64,000 nt of DNA from Eledone cirrhosa. Its lineage: Eukaryota. Positions 40,322 through 53,699 of this stretch are shown in pieces. The position numbers and the translations under genes are program-made. Position 1 is the first letter of the stretch, and every line of letters begins with the position of its first letter. The stretch is taken from the NCBI GenBank assembly GCA_964016885.1, contig OZ024740.1, positions 358,112,001 to 358,176,000 of the forward strand. The letters run 5' to 3'. Under the pieces are notes generated by a model that searched no databases, was not told the DNA's origin, and saw only the letters and a list, made by a program, of their open reading frames with translations.

Positions 40322-40492
40322 ATTAGAGGGTCGAACGTCATGCGTTGCAGCATAGAGTTACGGCCCTTTACTTCTGAGTTCAAATCCCGCCGAGGTTAAC
40401 TTTGCCTTTCATCCTTACGGGGTTGATAAAATAAAGCACCAGTAATACACTGGGATAATTGCTGGCCTTGTGCCTAAAGTAGAAACAATTAT
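40322..40492 (+). mobile_element. SINE
   Basis: B-box, central domain and GTAGAAACAATTAT tail. Confidence 0.85.
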
Positions 40493-41609
40493 ATATTGTA
40501 GTCCTACACATCTCTATAAAACGCGATGGAATTCCATTTATCATGGGTTTATTAGATCAGAGTTGGCCTATTATTAAACAACAATAACAACAACGACGAC
40601 AATGACAATGACAACAACGACAACGACGACGATGTCAACGACCTTTATACAGATACATAATAATGGAAGAAGTCATTGATTGAAGTTATACCCAGTAAAA
40701 AAGTTAGATCAAAGCCACTTCTCCCATAAATATATATACATACAGTCCTATATTTTGAAAACTACAAGGCCACAAAGAGTATATGTTCAGGTCAGATTTT
40801 AGTACTGTTGAGCAGATTAGGACAAAATTCTCTTCTGTGTGAAAAAATGAAAAAAATCACAAGTTCTGTTCGTTCACACTACTATCAGTATTGCAGCTAT
40901 AAATTGTACACCACACGTTATACAGTAGGTTGTACATATGCATTCCAGTAACTGGATGCGAACACGCAACATCTGATTGTCCACCGCGTTGCTAATATGT
41001 CATATAACCCATTTGAAAATCAAGACACAATTTGAAGATATATATTGATTCATTGTAGTGTATCTAAAGAGAAGTGGATCAGCCAGAGAATACCTTTTCT
41101 ATTTGAGGGTATTAGGATCTCGGGCAGAAATTCACACCCCTCTTTCTAGTGGCCTTGCCATATTTGAACTCTTTAATTGCTTTCGTAACCTTAGTCTCCG
41201 AGAGGTTAGTCATTGATCCCAGATGCACCTCAAGTACATAAAAATATACTTTTTTGATCGGGTTCAGGAGATCGGCAAAGTATTTTCTCCACCTGGCGAT
41301 GATGCACCTCTCTAAAGAGAGGTGAGCCTCAGAGGAGTTACTGATGACAGGTGTGGAAGGAGACTTCTTATTACAAAGTTGACGGATGGTCTGCTAAAAT
41401 ATTTTATTTGCTGATCTGGAGACGGATTCCAGCTTAAGCCCAAAGTCCTTCCATGTCTTAACTTTGGACGCCTTTAAATGTCTTTGCTGCAACATTTGCG
41501 TTCGGATAAATGGTGCAAAATCGAAACCATCTAATATGTGTGTCGGACTCCGCCACTCCTACTGTCACATCTGTTCAAAATTAACATGATTGAAATATGC
41601 AGCCGGGTT

Positions 41610-42185
<576 letters not shown>

Positions 42186-44036
42186 TATATATAAAATAGG
42201 GTTACAGTATCGTAAGAGAGGATAGAAAGGAGAGACATAAAGAGGTGCGATACAGAATATTACATGCCAAAAGCAGATGCGTAGTGTGCTCAATGTGTGT
42301 CAGTGTGTGAGCCATACCTATAACCATCGCGACAGTGGCCCTACAAGCGAAAAACATATTAATCGAACTAATAATGCGGCTAGCTCTGGCCTGCATCATA
42401 AATACAAGGTTGGTTGGATGGGTGAATTACCATACCCACACCATCGTAGTTCGGTCAATAGAATTAACAGCAACTTGCTTGAAATATTCCCTGCATACAG
42501 GCTTAATAAAGGTGACGGTATATTACCAACACCCTCTAACAGGCCTAGGGTAACCCAGAGCCGCCGCACTAGGGGTGACTTAACATATAGGCATAATGCT
42601 AACAGAGCACGCATTAGCCAGCAGCCCAACCGCCTTGATAAGGACACCCAGCACGGCAAAAACCTCCGGGACGACATGCAAACACCGGCGTAATGTTTTA
42701 TGGTTCTATCCCCCCTACTCTCGGGGTGTGGACTCCAATATACCCAGAATCTTCTTCGACACCTTAGAGAGGAACTTCTCACCTAACCGCAGATACCGAA
42801 GGATCCTCAATAAGAATAACGTCAAGATATCTTATTCTACTACACCTAATTTAGCCGTCCTCATAGCAATAAGCAACAACAGTAAGCGCACTAGAATACA
42901 ACATGCCTGTAATGCAAACATTAGGGAATATGATAACTCTGTTAACCTCAACAATTCGGTCGCACGGCATGGTAACAATAATAGTAACCAGGACAGGAAT
43001 CTTAGTATTAGCAGTAGCATGCACAATAGCACCACCTTAGAAACTAATCGCAGCGCCAGTAGTGTGACCCACGACCAGGTTAGAAACCATATCAAATATA
43101 ACAACGGCTGTAGAAGACGCTATAACACGAGAAATAGAAATAGCACTACATCGCATGAATATAACTATAATAGCGCCAACCACAATAATGACAGCTATGG
43201 TAATGGTGATATTAATAGTAATAGGATTAACACCAGCCCTCACCACCATAGAGGTGACACCAGAAAACACTGCAATTGCCGTAACCCTAACAACTGTCCA
43301 CTTCAAGGGTACTGCTTGACTAGAAACGTAATCTATAGATGCACAGTTACAAGTTTTAATAGTGTTAAGTCATACATAGGAGCTACTTCTGGGTAGTTCA
43401 AGACTAGATTTCGAGCGCATCTCCACTCTAGGAATAGGAAACTTAGATACTCTACATCCCTCGCTAATTATATTACCCAATTAACTGACTCCAACATTAG
43501 CTACACCACACAATGGGAAATTGTGGACCAAGTAACACCTTATAATTTCAAAAAAAGCTGCCAACTCTGCCTAATGGAACTGTATTATATAGTGCAAGCA
43601 CCCCAGGAACTCATAAATAGTCGGGCCGGAACGGTCAATTGCGGCCACCGACTACAACAATCATTCTACAGATGGACCCCAGCAAGCGAATAACCACAAT
43701 AATACATGAGGCTCTCAACACCGCACCCTGGCCTGACATGCCGGCAGTAGGTCTACCATTTTACAGCGTGGAATATAACACCATCATCTCCCCACTGACT
43801 GTTTTCCCACCAGGAAGCTGCACAGCACCTATTGAGCCCCCCCACCCCGCCTTCCCGCTATATTCTTCCTCTTGGCCGGACCAGGTTTAAATAATCTTAT
43901 GAACTTAATGCCTGAAACCGAGTAACTTCTTAGATAACACCGTGTAGCATATTTTTTGTTCCCCGGTTCTAAGTGTCATATCCTGGTTTGTTATATCCCA
44001 TTATTATTTTAAAAAACACCATTATTTAATCAGAAG

Positions 44037-44225
44037 GGCGGTGAATTGGCAGTATCGGTAGAGGGTTGGACGCCATGCTTTCTAGCATAGTTACGTCCCT
44101 TTACAGTCTGAGTTCAAATCCCGCCGAGGTTAACTTTGCCTTTCATCCTTACGGGGTCGATAAAATAAAGTACCAGTAATGTACTGGGTAATTGCTGGCC
44201 TTGTGCCTAAAGTAGAAACAATTAT
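44037..44225 (+). mobile_element. SINE inserted in the DNA transposon
   Basis: Full consensus; duplication ATTATTTAATCAGAAG at 44021 and 44221. Confidence 0.9.
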
Positions 44226-44420
44226 TTAATCAGAAGTTTGGGTTTGTGGTCAGGAGTTTGATATTTCGAAATTTTCATATTTTTCAAGAAAAAAAACATT
44301 TCTTTTTAATTTATCAGTTCATATAATTAAATCAACAGAGTATATATTTATTTTATTACACAAGCTTATCAAAAGCAAACAAGTAAAAACAAATAACACT
44401 TACAAAGCAACTTATACACG

Positions 44421-45480
44421 TCAGAAATGACTGGATTTCCTGGATTTGCGATTGTAGTCCAGGTCGCATTCCCACACTAGCCCCCAGATATAGTCCCCCA
44501 TCACTTTTTCATTGTAGTGGCCCTGGTACCTCCGCTCTAAATCTTTCACATCTTGGTGGAATCGTTCGCCTTGTTCTTCTGAGTAGGCGCCCATATTGTC
44601 CTTGAATTTTTCCAGGTGAGCGTCCAGCATATGGAGTTTAAGCGACATCCTGCATCCCATGGCGCCAAAAGCCTTTATCAGATCCTGCACCAGTTGCTGA
44701 TAGTTTTCAGCTCTGTAGTTGCCCAGGAAGCCCTTAACAACTGCCTTGAAACAGTTCCATGCTGTTCTCTCAATCCTATTGAGCTTATTGGAGAACTCGG
44801 TAGACTCAAACATCTTCTTTATTTGAGGTCCAACAAAAATTCCACCTTTGATTTTGGCCTCAGATAACTTGGGGAAGAACTCAAGAAGGTACTTAAAAGC
44901 GGCTGATTCTTGGTTGAGAGCCTTCACAAACTGCTTCATCAACCCCAACTTAATGTGCAGTGGCGGCATGAGCACAATCCTGGGATCAACCAGTGGCTCC
45001 CACATGACGTTCCGGGTCCCAACTACAAATTCTGTTCGCTGCTCCCACTTCTTTCTTTTGTAGTGGTCAGGGGTGGCTCTGTTGTCCCAAAGGCAGAGGA
45101 AGCATTGGAATTTGATAAAGCTTCCTTGGAGTCCAAGCAGGAAAGCCACCATCTTGAAGTCTCCAATGATTTACCAATTGTACTGGTTGTATTGCAGAGC
45201 TTCCAAGAGGAGTTTCACATTGTAGTAATCTTCCTTTAGGCAGACTGAATGAGCTAGGGGCAGTGTCGGGAACTTGTTTCCATTGTGGAGGACAGCCTTC
45301 AAACTTGTGGTGGAACTGTCTATAAATAGCCGCCACTCCTTGGGCACAAACGGCACCCCAATAACGTCAAACAGTCCAGGCACGTCATGGAAGAAGCAGA
45401 GGCCATCCCTAAGAGTGTAAAAGCCTGAGAAAGGTTCGTGTCAACTTCTTTGACTTGTCACCTACACTTCCTCCTTGACC
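44421..45480 (-). pseudogene. DDE transposase, frameshifted, N-terminus missing
   Basis: ORFs 45171-45383 and 44421-45152 join across a frameshift. Confidence 0.85.
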
Positions 45481-46210
45481 AAGTTCCACTGCTTCATCCT
45501 GGAGACGAATGCTTAAAACACAACTTATCCTTTATTCAGTATCAACAAATCTCTTTAATCCACTTTTAAACAATTTTATACTTTATTGCACTTTTATAAT
45601 TTTCTTTATTTTATAATTTTAATTTAACCTGAAACATATATTAAAAAAATCATTTAACATAAGCAAATTAAACTTACATACAACGTAAAATCCAGCATAC
45701 AAATAATTCTAGTGAATAGCTTAGAATTTTTACAAACCCAAACTTTTAACTGTTTAATAGCACTTTTTAAAATTTATTTGGGACCTAAGCAACACAAAAA
45801 AGTGATTACAAGCCAGGAACAGAGAAAATTTTTTTTTTTTTTACACGGTGTAATTGATCATATGAACATACAACTTCGATCCAAATCGGCATTATTTTTC
45901 TAGGCCTTCAAATTCGCAGCCCAACGTGCCCCCTTGCATTAGGTATAACTGTGTGCAGTGTTTAACGACATTACCAACAGTCTATCATATTCACACCTAA
46001 ACACGGAATCATTTATAATGAGTTGATCAACCCAGCATATGTTAATTCCTTTTAAATAAAAAATAAAAAAAAATTTTCCATCGCTGGTACTGGTCATAAG
46101 TAGTGCAGTAAACTTTCTACGGTAATTACCTCCCTTAGCGAATTATACCCCTTTCACCGTATTTATACCCATAACATCTAAAATCACGATGCATGGCGAT
46201 ATGATATTAT

Positions 46211-46490
46211 TCGAGGTCAACTTTGCCTTTCATCCTTACGGAGTCGATAAAATAAAGTACCAGTAATGTACTGGGTAATTGCTGACCTTGTGTCTAAAGT
46301 AGAAACAATTATTATACCTAGAGGGTCGGACGCCATGCTTTGACGTATAGAGTTACGGCCCTTGCCATTCTGAGTTCAAATCCCGCCGAGGTTAACTTTG
46401 CCTTTCATCCTTATGGGGGTCGATAAAATAAAGTACCAGTAATACACTGGGTAATTGCTGACCTTGTGCCAAAAGTAGAAACAATTATTA
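46211..46490 (+). mobile_element. Two tandem 5'-truncated SINEs
   Basis: 46211-46313 and 46318-46490 match the consensus. Confidence 0.85.
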
Positions 46491-46536
46491 TACCCTCTCA
46501 GGGTTTGTAATTAAGGACTTTGCTATATGAGTATTT

Positions 46537-46576
46537 GCCTCCGAAGAGCCCCCTTGGGCGAAACACGTGTGAGAGC
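46537..46576 (+). ncRNA. Minimal hammerhead-like motif
   Basis: CT CCGAAGA GCCC CCTT GGGC GAAA CACGTG TG AG. Palindromic CACGTG; cleavage triplet is non-canonical. Confidence 0.65.
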
Positions 46577-46628
46577 TATATAAAGATGTTTTAACGACTT
46601 GTAACTCTTTCATTCACTCATTCTTTTG

Positions 46629-46758
<130 letters not shown>

Positions 46759-46769
46759 CATATATAAAT

Positions 46770-46930
46770 CAGAATGTATTCAGTTTTAATCTGGTTCGAC
46801 CATTACTCACCAGAGTACTCGATACTAGAGATGGTAGAGTATGGTTATATTATAGATAGTTCCAGACTCTAGTCGCGAACGGGTTGTTGAAATGGCAAGA
46901 GCTCAGCCGCTGGGGTGCCGACTCTTTATA
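46770..46930. mobile_element. Diverged 'MVHLV'-like mini-insertion
   Basis: Reversed tail CACCAGAGTACTCGATACT..GTAGAGT, then GAAA TGGC AAGAGCTCA GCCG CT GGGGT. Microsatellite flanks. Confidence 0.55.
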
Positions 46931-47015
<85 letters not shown>

Positions 47016-47017
<2 letters not shown>

Positions 47018-47543
47018 AGAGTATTGAAGTTTGCTTGAAGCATTGTGGAACAATAAGTAAATATTTATAAGTCGTTTGGAAGCCTCGACAATGCAAATGG
47101 GTAAATCTCCGGGTAACAAGGTCCGGTGGTGGAGAGAGAGATATGTAAGTGGGTGTACGTTGAGATGCGTGGTGTGTATAAGATGTGTGAGATGTGTAGA
47201 ATGAAGGGAAGAGTAAAAGAATAAAAATAATAATAACAACACAAGAAAGAGAGTTACCTTGGGAGAGATTTAATAGTCCCTATATATTTCGGATTCACAT
47301 CCATCAACTGGGGTTTTTTCCGGGGTGGGGGAAAAGGTTGTCTGTCGGACAACTCGGAACGCGTCTTTCGCTGTCTGTTGATTTGAATATCTGAGGTATT
47401 CCACGAGCGCGCGTGCGCGTGAAATGGGATTGGTCGTACAGAGGTCAGCGGCCGAATGAGGGAGTGGGATGGCGCTAGCTGTCAGTCCATTTTCTGCCTG
47501 TTTGTTAAATGTTACTGTGTGTGCGTGTCTTGTTGTCTCGCTT

Positions 47544-47581
<38 letters not shown>

Positions 47582-49369
47582 GTTGTTGCCTTGTTCATCT
47601 GTATTGGCAGTGTAGTATGTTCGTATGGTGGAATGCTACTGTGTGTGTGTGTGCGTGTGTGTGTGTGTGTAGTTGTCTCGTTTTCGTGTGTGTGTGTGTG
47701 TGCGTGTGTTGTGTGTTGTTGCATCGCTTGTTAACTTAAACCAGCCATTTCATTTCGCTTCTCTCTAATCGGTTGTTTATTTGCGGTTGCAGTTGTTTGA
47801 TAAGAAGCGCTTCCTTAATACGTAACGTGCCGACGTTTCTTTCAGTCGCTAGAATTGTGACAATGGGCCTTCCGTCTTTGTTTCCGCATTTGTCTATGTG
47901 TTTCCGGAAAGACGAGGCCCTGGTTTTAATGTGTTCCTTGATCCGGATGTGCAAAGGTCGAATTGTGCTACCTATGTAGTATCGGTTGCACCTGTCACAT
48001 TCTATCTTATACACGACGTATGTGCGTAGGAAACAGTTAGCATGGCGTATCGGGCAGTTTCTGAGGGAGCATGCGTCAGTAGATTTCCCGGGTTTCCTGG
48101 AGAGGCATCTTCGCAGGGAGGGGCCCGAGTGGGACAGGTGGATGTCGAGGCCCTCCCTCCGTATAGCCTTGCGGATAGCGTTGGTGGTTTTCTCGCCCAG
48201 GTGTGGCATTTTAAGGAAGCACTTGCCTTGGGTCCTTCTCTGTCTCTTGCGTCTGGTGTCTCCTATTCTGTCTGTGATTGAGGTAGGGTACCCGTTCGTC
48301 TCCAGCACCTCGAGGAATCGCTTGGTATGAGTGACACCACTGGCGGGATCGCTGCATCTGTTTTTGATTCGCGCGATCTCGTTCGTGATGTATCCTCTTT
48401 TGGCACTGTTAGGGAGGGCGGACTTGTAGTGAACGAATAGGTCCCTGCAGGCTGCCTTTCTGTAGAAGTTGCAGTGGATCCCTCCTTGTTCCGTGACGTT
48501 GATTCGGAAGTCGAGGAAGGCAAGTGACCCGTCTTCGTTGGGGTGTTCAACACTGAAGTCAATGTTCTCGTCTGTGTTGTTGAACGTCTCATAGATTCTG
48601 TTCGCCGTGTCTTGGGAAGATGTGAGGATGAGGATATCGTCCACGTATCTTGAGAAAAAGGCTACGGCGTTGGGGTGGCAGGCGTTGAGTGCCTTTCGTT
48701 CGAGGTTGTCCATGTAGGAGATCGCTAGCACACCTGATAGACTTGATCCCATGGGCAATCCCACACACACGCAAACGAGACAACTACACACACACACACA
48801 CAGTAGCATTCCACCATACGAACATACTACACTGCCAATACAGATGAACAAGGCAACAACACACGCACACACACACACACGCTCAAGCGAGACAACAACA
48901 CACGCACACACACACACAGTAACATTTAACAAACAGGCAGAAAATGGACTGACAGCTAGCGCCATCCCACTCCCTCATTCGGCCGCTGACCTCTGTACGA
49001 CCGACCCCATTTCACGCGCACGCGCGCTCGTGGAATACCTCAGATATTCAAATCAACAGACAGCGAAAGACGCGTTCCGAGTTGTCCGACAGACAACCTT
49101 TTCCCCCACCCCGGAAAAAACCCCAGTTGATGGATGTGAATCCGAAATATATAGGGACTATTAAATCTCTCCCAAGGTAACTCTCTCTCTTGTGTTGTTA
49201 TTATTATTTTTATTCTTTTACTCTTCCCTTCATTCTACACATCTCACACATCTTATACACACCACGCATCTCAACGTACACCCACTTACATATCTCTCTC
49301 TCCACCACTGGACCTTGTTACCCGGAGATTTACCCATTTGCATTGTCGAGGCTTCCAAACCACTTATAA

Positions 49370-49372
<3 letters not shown>
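47016..49372. mobile_element. Nematis-like PLE, 5'-truncated, with inverted pseudo-LTR
   Basis: Minus-strand body 47016-48761, inverted 3' copy about 48762-49372, left-only 46 nt tail, (TA)n flanks. Related to 14926-17049. Confidence 0.93.
47736..48761 (-). CDS. PLE polyprotein C-terminal part: RT motif B to thumb plus GIY-YIG endonuclease, uninterrupted
   Basis: GLPMGSSLS, FSRYVDDIL, LAFLDF, FYRK...HYKSALP, NGYP, Cys linker CSLRNCP, VVYKIECDRCNRYYIGST...KEH...H. Sequence upstream of GLPMG comes from the inverted arm. Confidence 0.88.
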   Translation of the reverse strand, partial: GLPMGSSLSGVLAISYMDNLERKALNACHPNAVAFFSRYVDDILILTSSQDTANRIYETFNNTDENIDFSVEHPNEDGSLAFLDFRINVTEQGGIHCNFYRKAACRDLFVHYKSALPNSAKRGYITNEIARIKNRCSDPASGVTHTKRFLEVLETNGYPTSITDRIGDTRRKRQRRTQGKCFLKMPHLGEKTTNAIRKAIRREGLDIHLSHSGPSLRRCLSRKPGKSTDACSLRNCPIRHANCFLRTYVVYKIECDRCNRYYIGSTIRPLHIRIKEHIKTRASSFRKHIDKCGNKDGRPIVTILATERNVGTLRIKEALLIKQLQPQINNRLERSEMKWLV

Positions 49373-49451
<79 letters not shown>

Positions 49452-49452
49452 C

Positions 49453-49618
49453 ATTATCCTCACTGCGCTAATATTGGTCAGCCGAGTTGCCCCATTGGAA
49501 GACAAGTCAGATCAGATGACCGTGTATTGCTCATACATAATTGTTTCTGGTTTGGTTTCTAGGACTGGATGTCCTTCCTAACGCCAAACGCATCTACTGT
49601 GTGGACCGGTGTGCTTAT
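49453..49618 (-). mobile_element. Short RTE-related non-autonomous repeat
   Basis: TGGCGTTAGGAAGGACATCCAG motif on the minus strand, shared with 53185-53410 and 57013-57185. Confidence 0.5.
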
Positions 49619-49648
49619 ATATACACAGACACACAGACACACACACAC

Positions 49649-49736
<88 letters not shown>

Positions 49737-50084
49737 TAGGTAAAATCCCAACCGCGACGCCAGGCTGTTTCGGCTTGTTTCATGAATAATATAAAACAAG
49801 AAGCAAAATAGTTAGTGTACACAGAAAGATGAAAGTTGCTTAAGAATAGAAAATAAGAAAAAAAATGATTTATTCAATATTTCAACTAAGATGATCGTTA
49901 ATTATGAAATGAGAACTATGAGATGAAAATTATGAGATGAGAATTTAACCAATAAGTAATCTATAAAATATTTCAATTTAGTTAATAAAGAGTTATTTCC
50001 CTCGTACATTTAATGTAGTTACCTCCCATGCTTTTATATTTTGTCACACACCTTTTCTTTTTCGTTAGGAATTTTCTTATTCAT

Positions 50085-50395
50085 TAGGAATGACAGAATC
50101 GGTAAAGATGCTTTACAGTGTTTGGTTACGACTTTCTACTTCCTGAGTTCAAATCCCACCAATGTCAACTTTGCTTGTCATCATTCCGGAGTCGATGAAA
50201 TAAATTACCAGTCAAGTACTGAAGTTGTTTTAAACAACTTTGCCTTCCCGAATTTGTTGGCCATATAGAAATCAATCTTCCATTATTATCAATCAATGAG
50301 ATTGATGAATAGCAGGGTCACTTGAGTAACGGATCAAAGATGTTGTAGTAACCACATACGTCCCTTTACGTTCCGAGTTCAAATCTTAGTACCAG
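50085..50395 (+). mobile_element. Decayed SINE copies
   Basis: GAGTTCAAATC B-boxes and a degenerate central domain. Confidence 0.55.
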
Positions 50396-50982
50396 TCTTT
50401 ATTTGCTGTTTTTAATTTTTAGTTTGGTTTAGAGGAAGGAAATATAGCATGGTGTGATGGACGCGGTTAATACACCTATTGAAAAATTGCTCATATTTAG
50501 AGGGGGTAGGATAGAATATTACCACTGGAGTATCTTCTAGAGATATCTCTTGATTGAATCAGTGAAGGTTTGGTGGTACAGTATTCAAGTTAATGAGTTT
50601 TGGGGAAGCAAGGTTAAGGACAGTATCAACAATCTCAGTTTGAGCATTTATTGAGCTGACGGCAAAAAGGCTTTTGATGGACAAGTGTGGGCATACAAGA
50701 GTTGACAGTTATTCAAAGAGAACTTCATCAACAAATGCCACAATGATGCGACGATCTTTTGCAAGCATATTCGCGTCTTAGAGACGGTCGTATGTATTCA
50801 TAATATGTGTACAAACAGTTTTTACCAAATCGCTAGAGGGCAAAAGCCCACTGTTGAGTGATATAGGCGAATAGCACAAAAGTAGATGTGTCTTTACGAA
50901 TGTCATACTAGTAGTTATTAAGAAGGTAGATAGATTAAATATGTTGGCAATATGCAAACCAGCACAGTCATTTCAGGATAGT

Positions 50983-51059
50983 ACTATAAATGATATGGAA
51001 TACGATACTATTATAAATGACACGGTATATGATACTACTATAAATGATACGGTATATAA
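50983..51059. repeat. Tandem repeat, about 27 bp x3
   Basis: TACTATAAATGAYAYGGTATAYGA units. Confidence 0.7.
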
Positions 51060-51109
51060 GCCGTCGATTACGTATATCCTTGTGGTTCTTTAGATGATAT
51101 GCATGCCTT

Positions 51110-51145
51110 CTGATGAAAGCCCAACTAGGTTCGAAAATACATTAA
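51110..51145 (+). ncRNA. Degenerate hammerhead-like motif
   Basis: CTGATGA AAGCC CAACTA GGTTC GAAA; stems I and III are not recognisable. Confidence 0.35.
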
Positions 51146-51387
51146 ACGCGTTTATCATTTTTTTTTTCAATTTACAGAGAAATATGTATATTTGGCATGC
51201 TTACATGTTCATACTAAACATATGTACATGTATAAAGACATTTGCAGTCTAAGTTACTTCTTTTCTGTGTATATAGAAATACAACTTTATCATATACTTC
51301 GGATACTAAGCACACAACTTCTTAATACACATAACACACACACACACACGCATACACACATACACACATACATATATGGATATATAA

Positions 51388-51443
<56 letters not shown>

Positions 51444-51891
51444 ATATGTATACTCCACTTTTCCCTTTACAGCTCTGTAAACACACATACACACCCTTAT
51501 ATTAACATACTTTTGCTCATACCTTCGTACTTACATGCACGCACACTCTTTTACTTACATAAACACACACATTTCCTTTTAGCTTCGTACGGATCTATAA
51601 TAACACACACACACACTTTCTTACGCACGTGCACAAGTATAGCTCTTTTAACAAAAGGTTTTTTTACCATTTCAGGTAGACGCGCTCCATCATCCACTTT
51701 TCTAAAAAATAAATCATACACAAAACGCCAGCACCAACAGTTTTGCAAGAGATGTCAACATGAATGGAGCTGTTATTTTTTATCTAAAGACATTTTTTCC
51801 AAATCTAACCCACCCGTCCCCTCAATCTATCTTATTTCTCATTCTTTCTTATCGAGCCCTCTTTGGATTTTGTCTTCACATTTATTATTAT

Positions 51892-51928
<37 letters not shown>

Positions 51929-51938
51929 AACCAGTAAG

Positions 51939-52032
51939 ACCCCGACGGCTGAGCTCAAGCCGTTTCGACGGCTAATTCTGGACGAAATGAAAATTTATCC
52001 TGGTATTTAAATAGCCGATCTTCTCAAGGGGT
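51939..52032 (-). ncRNA. Type I hammerhead ribozyme with U3-A8 covariation
   Basis: ACCCC TTGAGAA GATCGGCTA-[insert]-TAGCCGTC GAAA CGGC TTGAGCTCA GCCG TC GGGGT. Confidence 0.85.
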
Positions 52033-52918
52033 AATTCCATATATGGTCAAAGTGATTGTCAAAAGTCAGTAGTAATTCTGTGTTTGCAAATTAGTAGGGG
52101 AGATGGTGGCTAAACCTGCCAGTAGGAGACAGAGGGGAGGGGGTGGAGTAGACCCAATCAAGCGTTGGTAGTGCCAGCTACAGCTGGGCATGAGGTCAAA
52201 GAAGATACTGGGGGGGGGGGGGGGGGGGGAATCGGGACGGTAGGTAGAACAATGAGGGGTAAAAATATATAAGAAAGAAAAAATACTGAGAGTGAAGAAA
52301 AGCGAATAAGTGTAAAGAAAAAAGTAAAGCAAGTTCTACGACCTAAGTCTCTAGCTATTGTTAGGCTAGATAAATAAATAAATAAAGAAAGAAAGAAGTA
52401 AAGAAAGAAATAAAGAAGTAACGAAATAAGTAAAAGAACTAGGTGGGACGGAATAGGCAAGGACCCTTTTAAGAGGTATAAGTACGTAAATCATACGGTG
52501 ACGGGTCAACAAATGGGGCCAAAATACTAAAGAGACTACCACGAAATAAATAATAAAGGTTTCTATCCCGGGCACAATGCCAGCAACCACCCAGTGCAAG
52601 CAAAGTAAACTAGTACGAGATAATAATTCTGAGTCCCTAAAAAAATATATACTAATGCTAACTCTAAAAGATCTTATACAAGCTACATGAAAGTTCGTAC
52701 GAAGTAAAGGTAGAATACGGAAAAATAAATTCAGAATCCACCCCGCCCAAAAGAAAAGCGAAGAAAGAAATACTGAAACGAGAAAATAAGGCATTGGGTC
52801 TACTCCACCCCCTCCCCTCTTTCTCCCACTGGCAGGTTTAGCCACCATCTCCCCTACTAATTTGCAATCACAGAATTACTACTGACTTTTGACAATCACT
52901 TTGACCATATATGGAATT

Positions 52919-53012
52919 ACCCCTTGAGAAGATCGGCTATTTAAATACCAGGATAAATTTTCATTTAGTCCAGAATTAGCTGTCAAAACGGCTTGAGCTC
53001 AGCCGTTGGGGT
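52919..53012 (+). ncRNA. Mutated copy of the same ribozyme
   Basis: Same fold; GAAA has become AAAA. Confidence 0.7.
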
Positions 53013-53103
53013 CTTACTGGTTCCTATTACCCACTCTACTACCCCAAGTATTGAGTACTTTGGTGCGTTATGGTCCACCTAGTTCCTTACCACATTTCCT
53101 TCG

Positions 53104-53191
<88 letters not shown>

Positions 53192-53699
53192 TGGTATCTA
53201 CCTGTCTATTATAAACATTGTTAGCACTCAGACAAGTTGTCCTTTTGCGAGACAAGCCAGATCAGATGACCACGTCTTGCTTATACATATTTGATTTTGG
53301 CTTGGTTTTTACGGCTGGATGCCACTCCTGTCTGTCGCCAACGACATTTACAGTGTGGACTGGCCGTTCTTTGTCGTGGCACCAAATCGACTACTTTACA
53401 GTGTGGACTTGGGCCTGAGGTGGAAGAGGTGCGTAGGGATTGGAGAGATAGATCTACGGTGGAGTGCAGTGGAGGACATATCTGGTAAAGGGTGTGGTGT
53501 TAGGACGTTGGTTAAGTGTTAGAACGTGAGAGGTGTATAGAAAAGGGAGAGAGAGGAAGGTGGTGCATACCAGATGTATGCTTCAACTCGTGCACAAAGA
53601 ATGACGGGTCTGTATTACTGCATAATGCCAGAGATCTCGATCCTGTGTCATTGCTTTTGAGAGGTGCAATTGTACGAGGTCAGCTTTTATTACCTCATC

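Larger units (their letters stand above)
43938..45850 (-). mobile_element. Chapaev3-type (CMC) DNA transposon, internally deleted
   Basis: TIRs begin CACCGTGTA at both ends. TAA duplication at 43935-43937 and 45851-45853. Transposase motifs WRLFIDSS, CFLCLWD, PPLHIKLGLMKQFVKAL, SEEQGERFHQD. Confidence 0.85.
51926..53105. mobile_element. Palindromic PLE insertion, 'MVHLV' family
   Basis: Arms 51926-52158 and 52792-53025, right-only 80 nt tail. Spacer minus strand has a decayed C..C..E.FII nuclease-like remnant. (TA)n flanks. Confidence 0.85.

Noticed and set aside
48762-48965. N-terminal 68 aa of the 409 aa ORF as real protein
   Set aside because: It derives from the antisense of the inverted pLTR fused at the truncation point.
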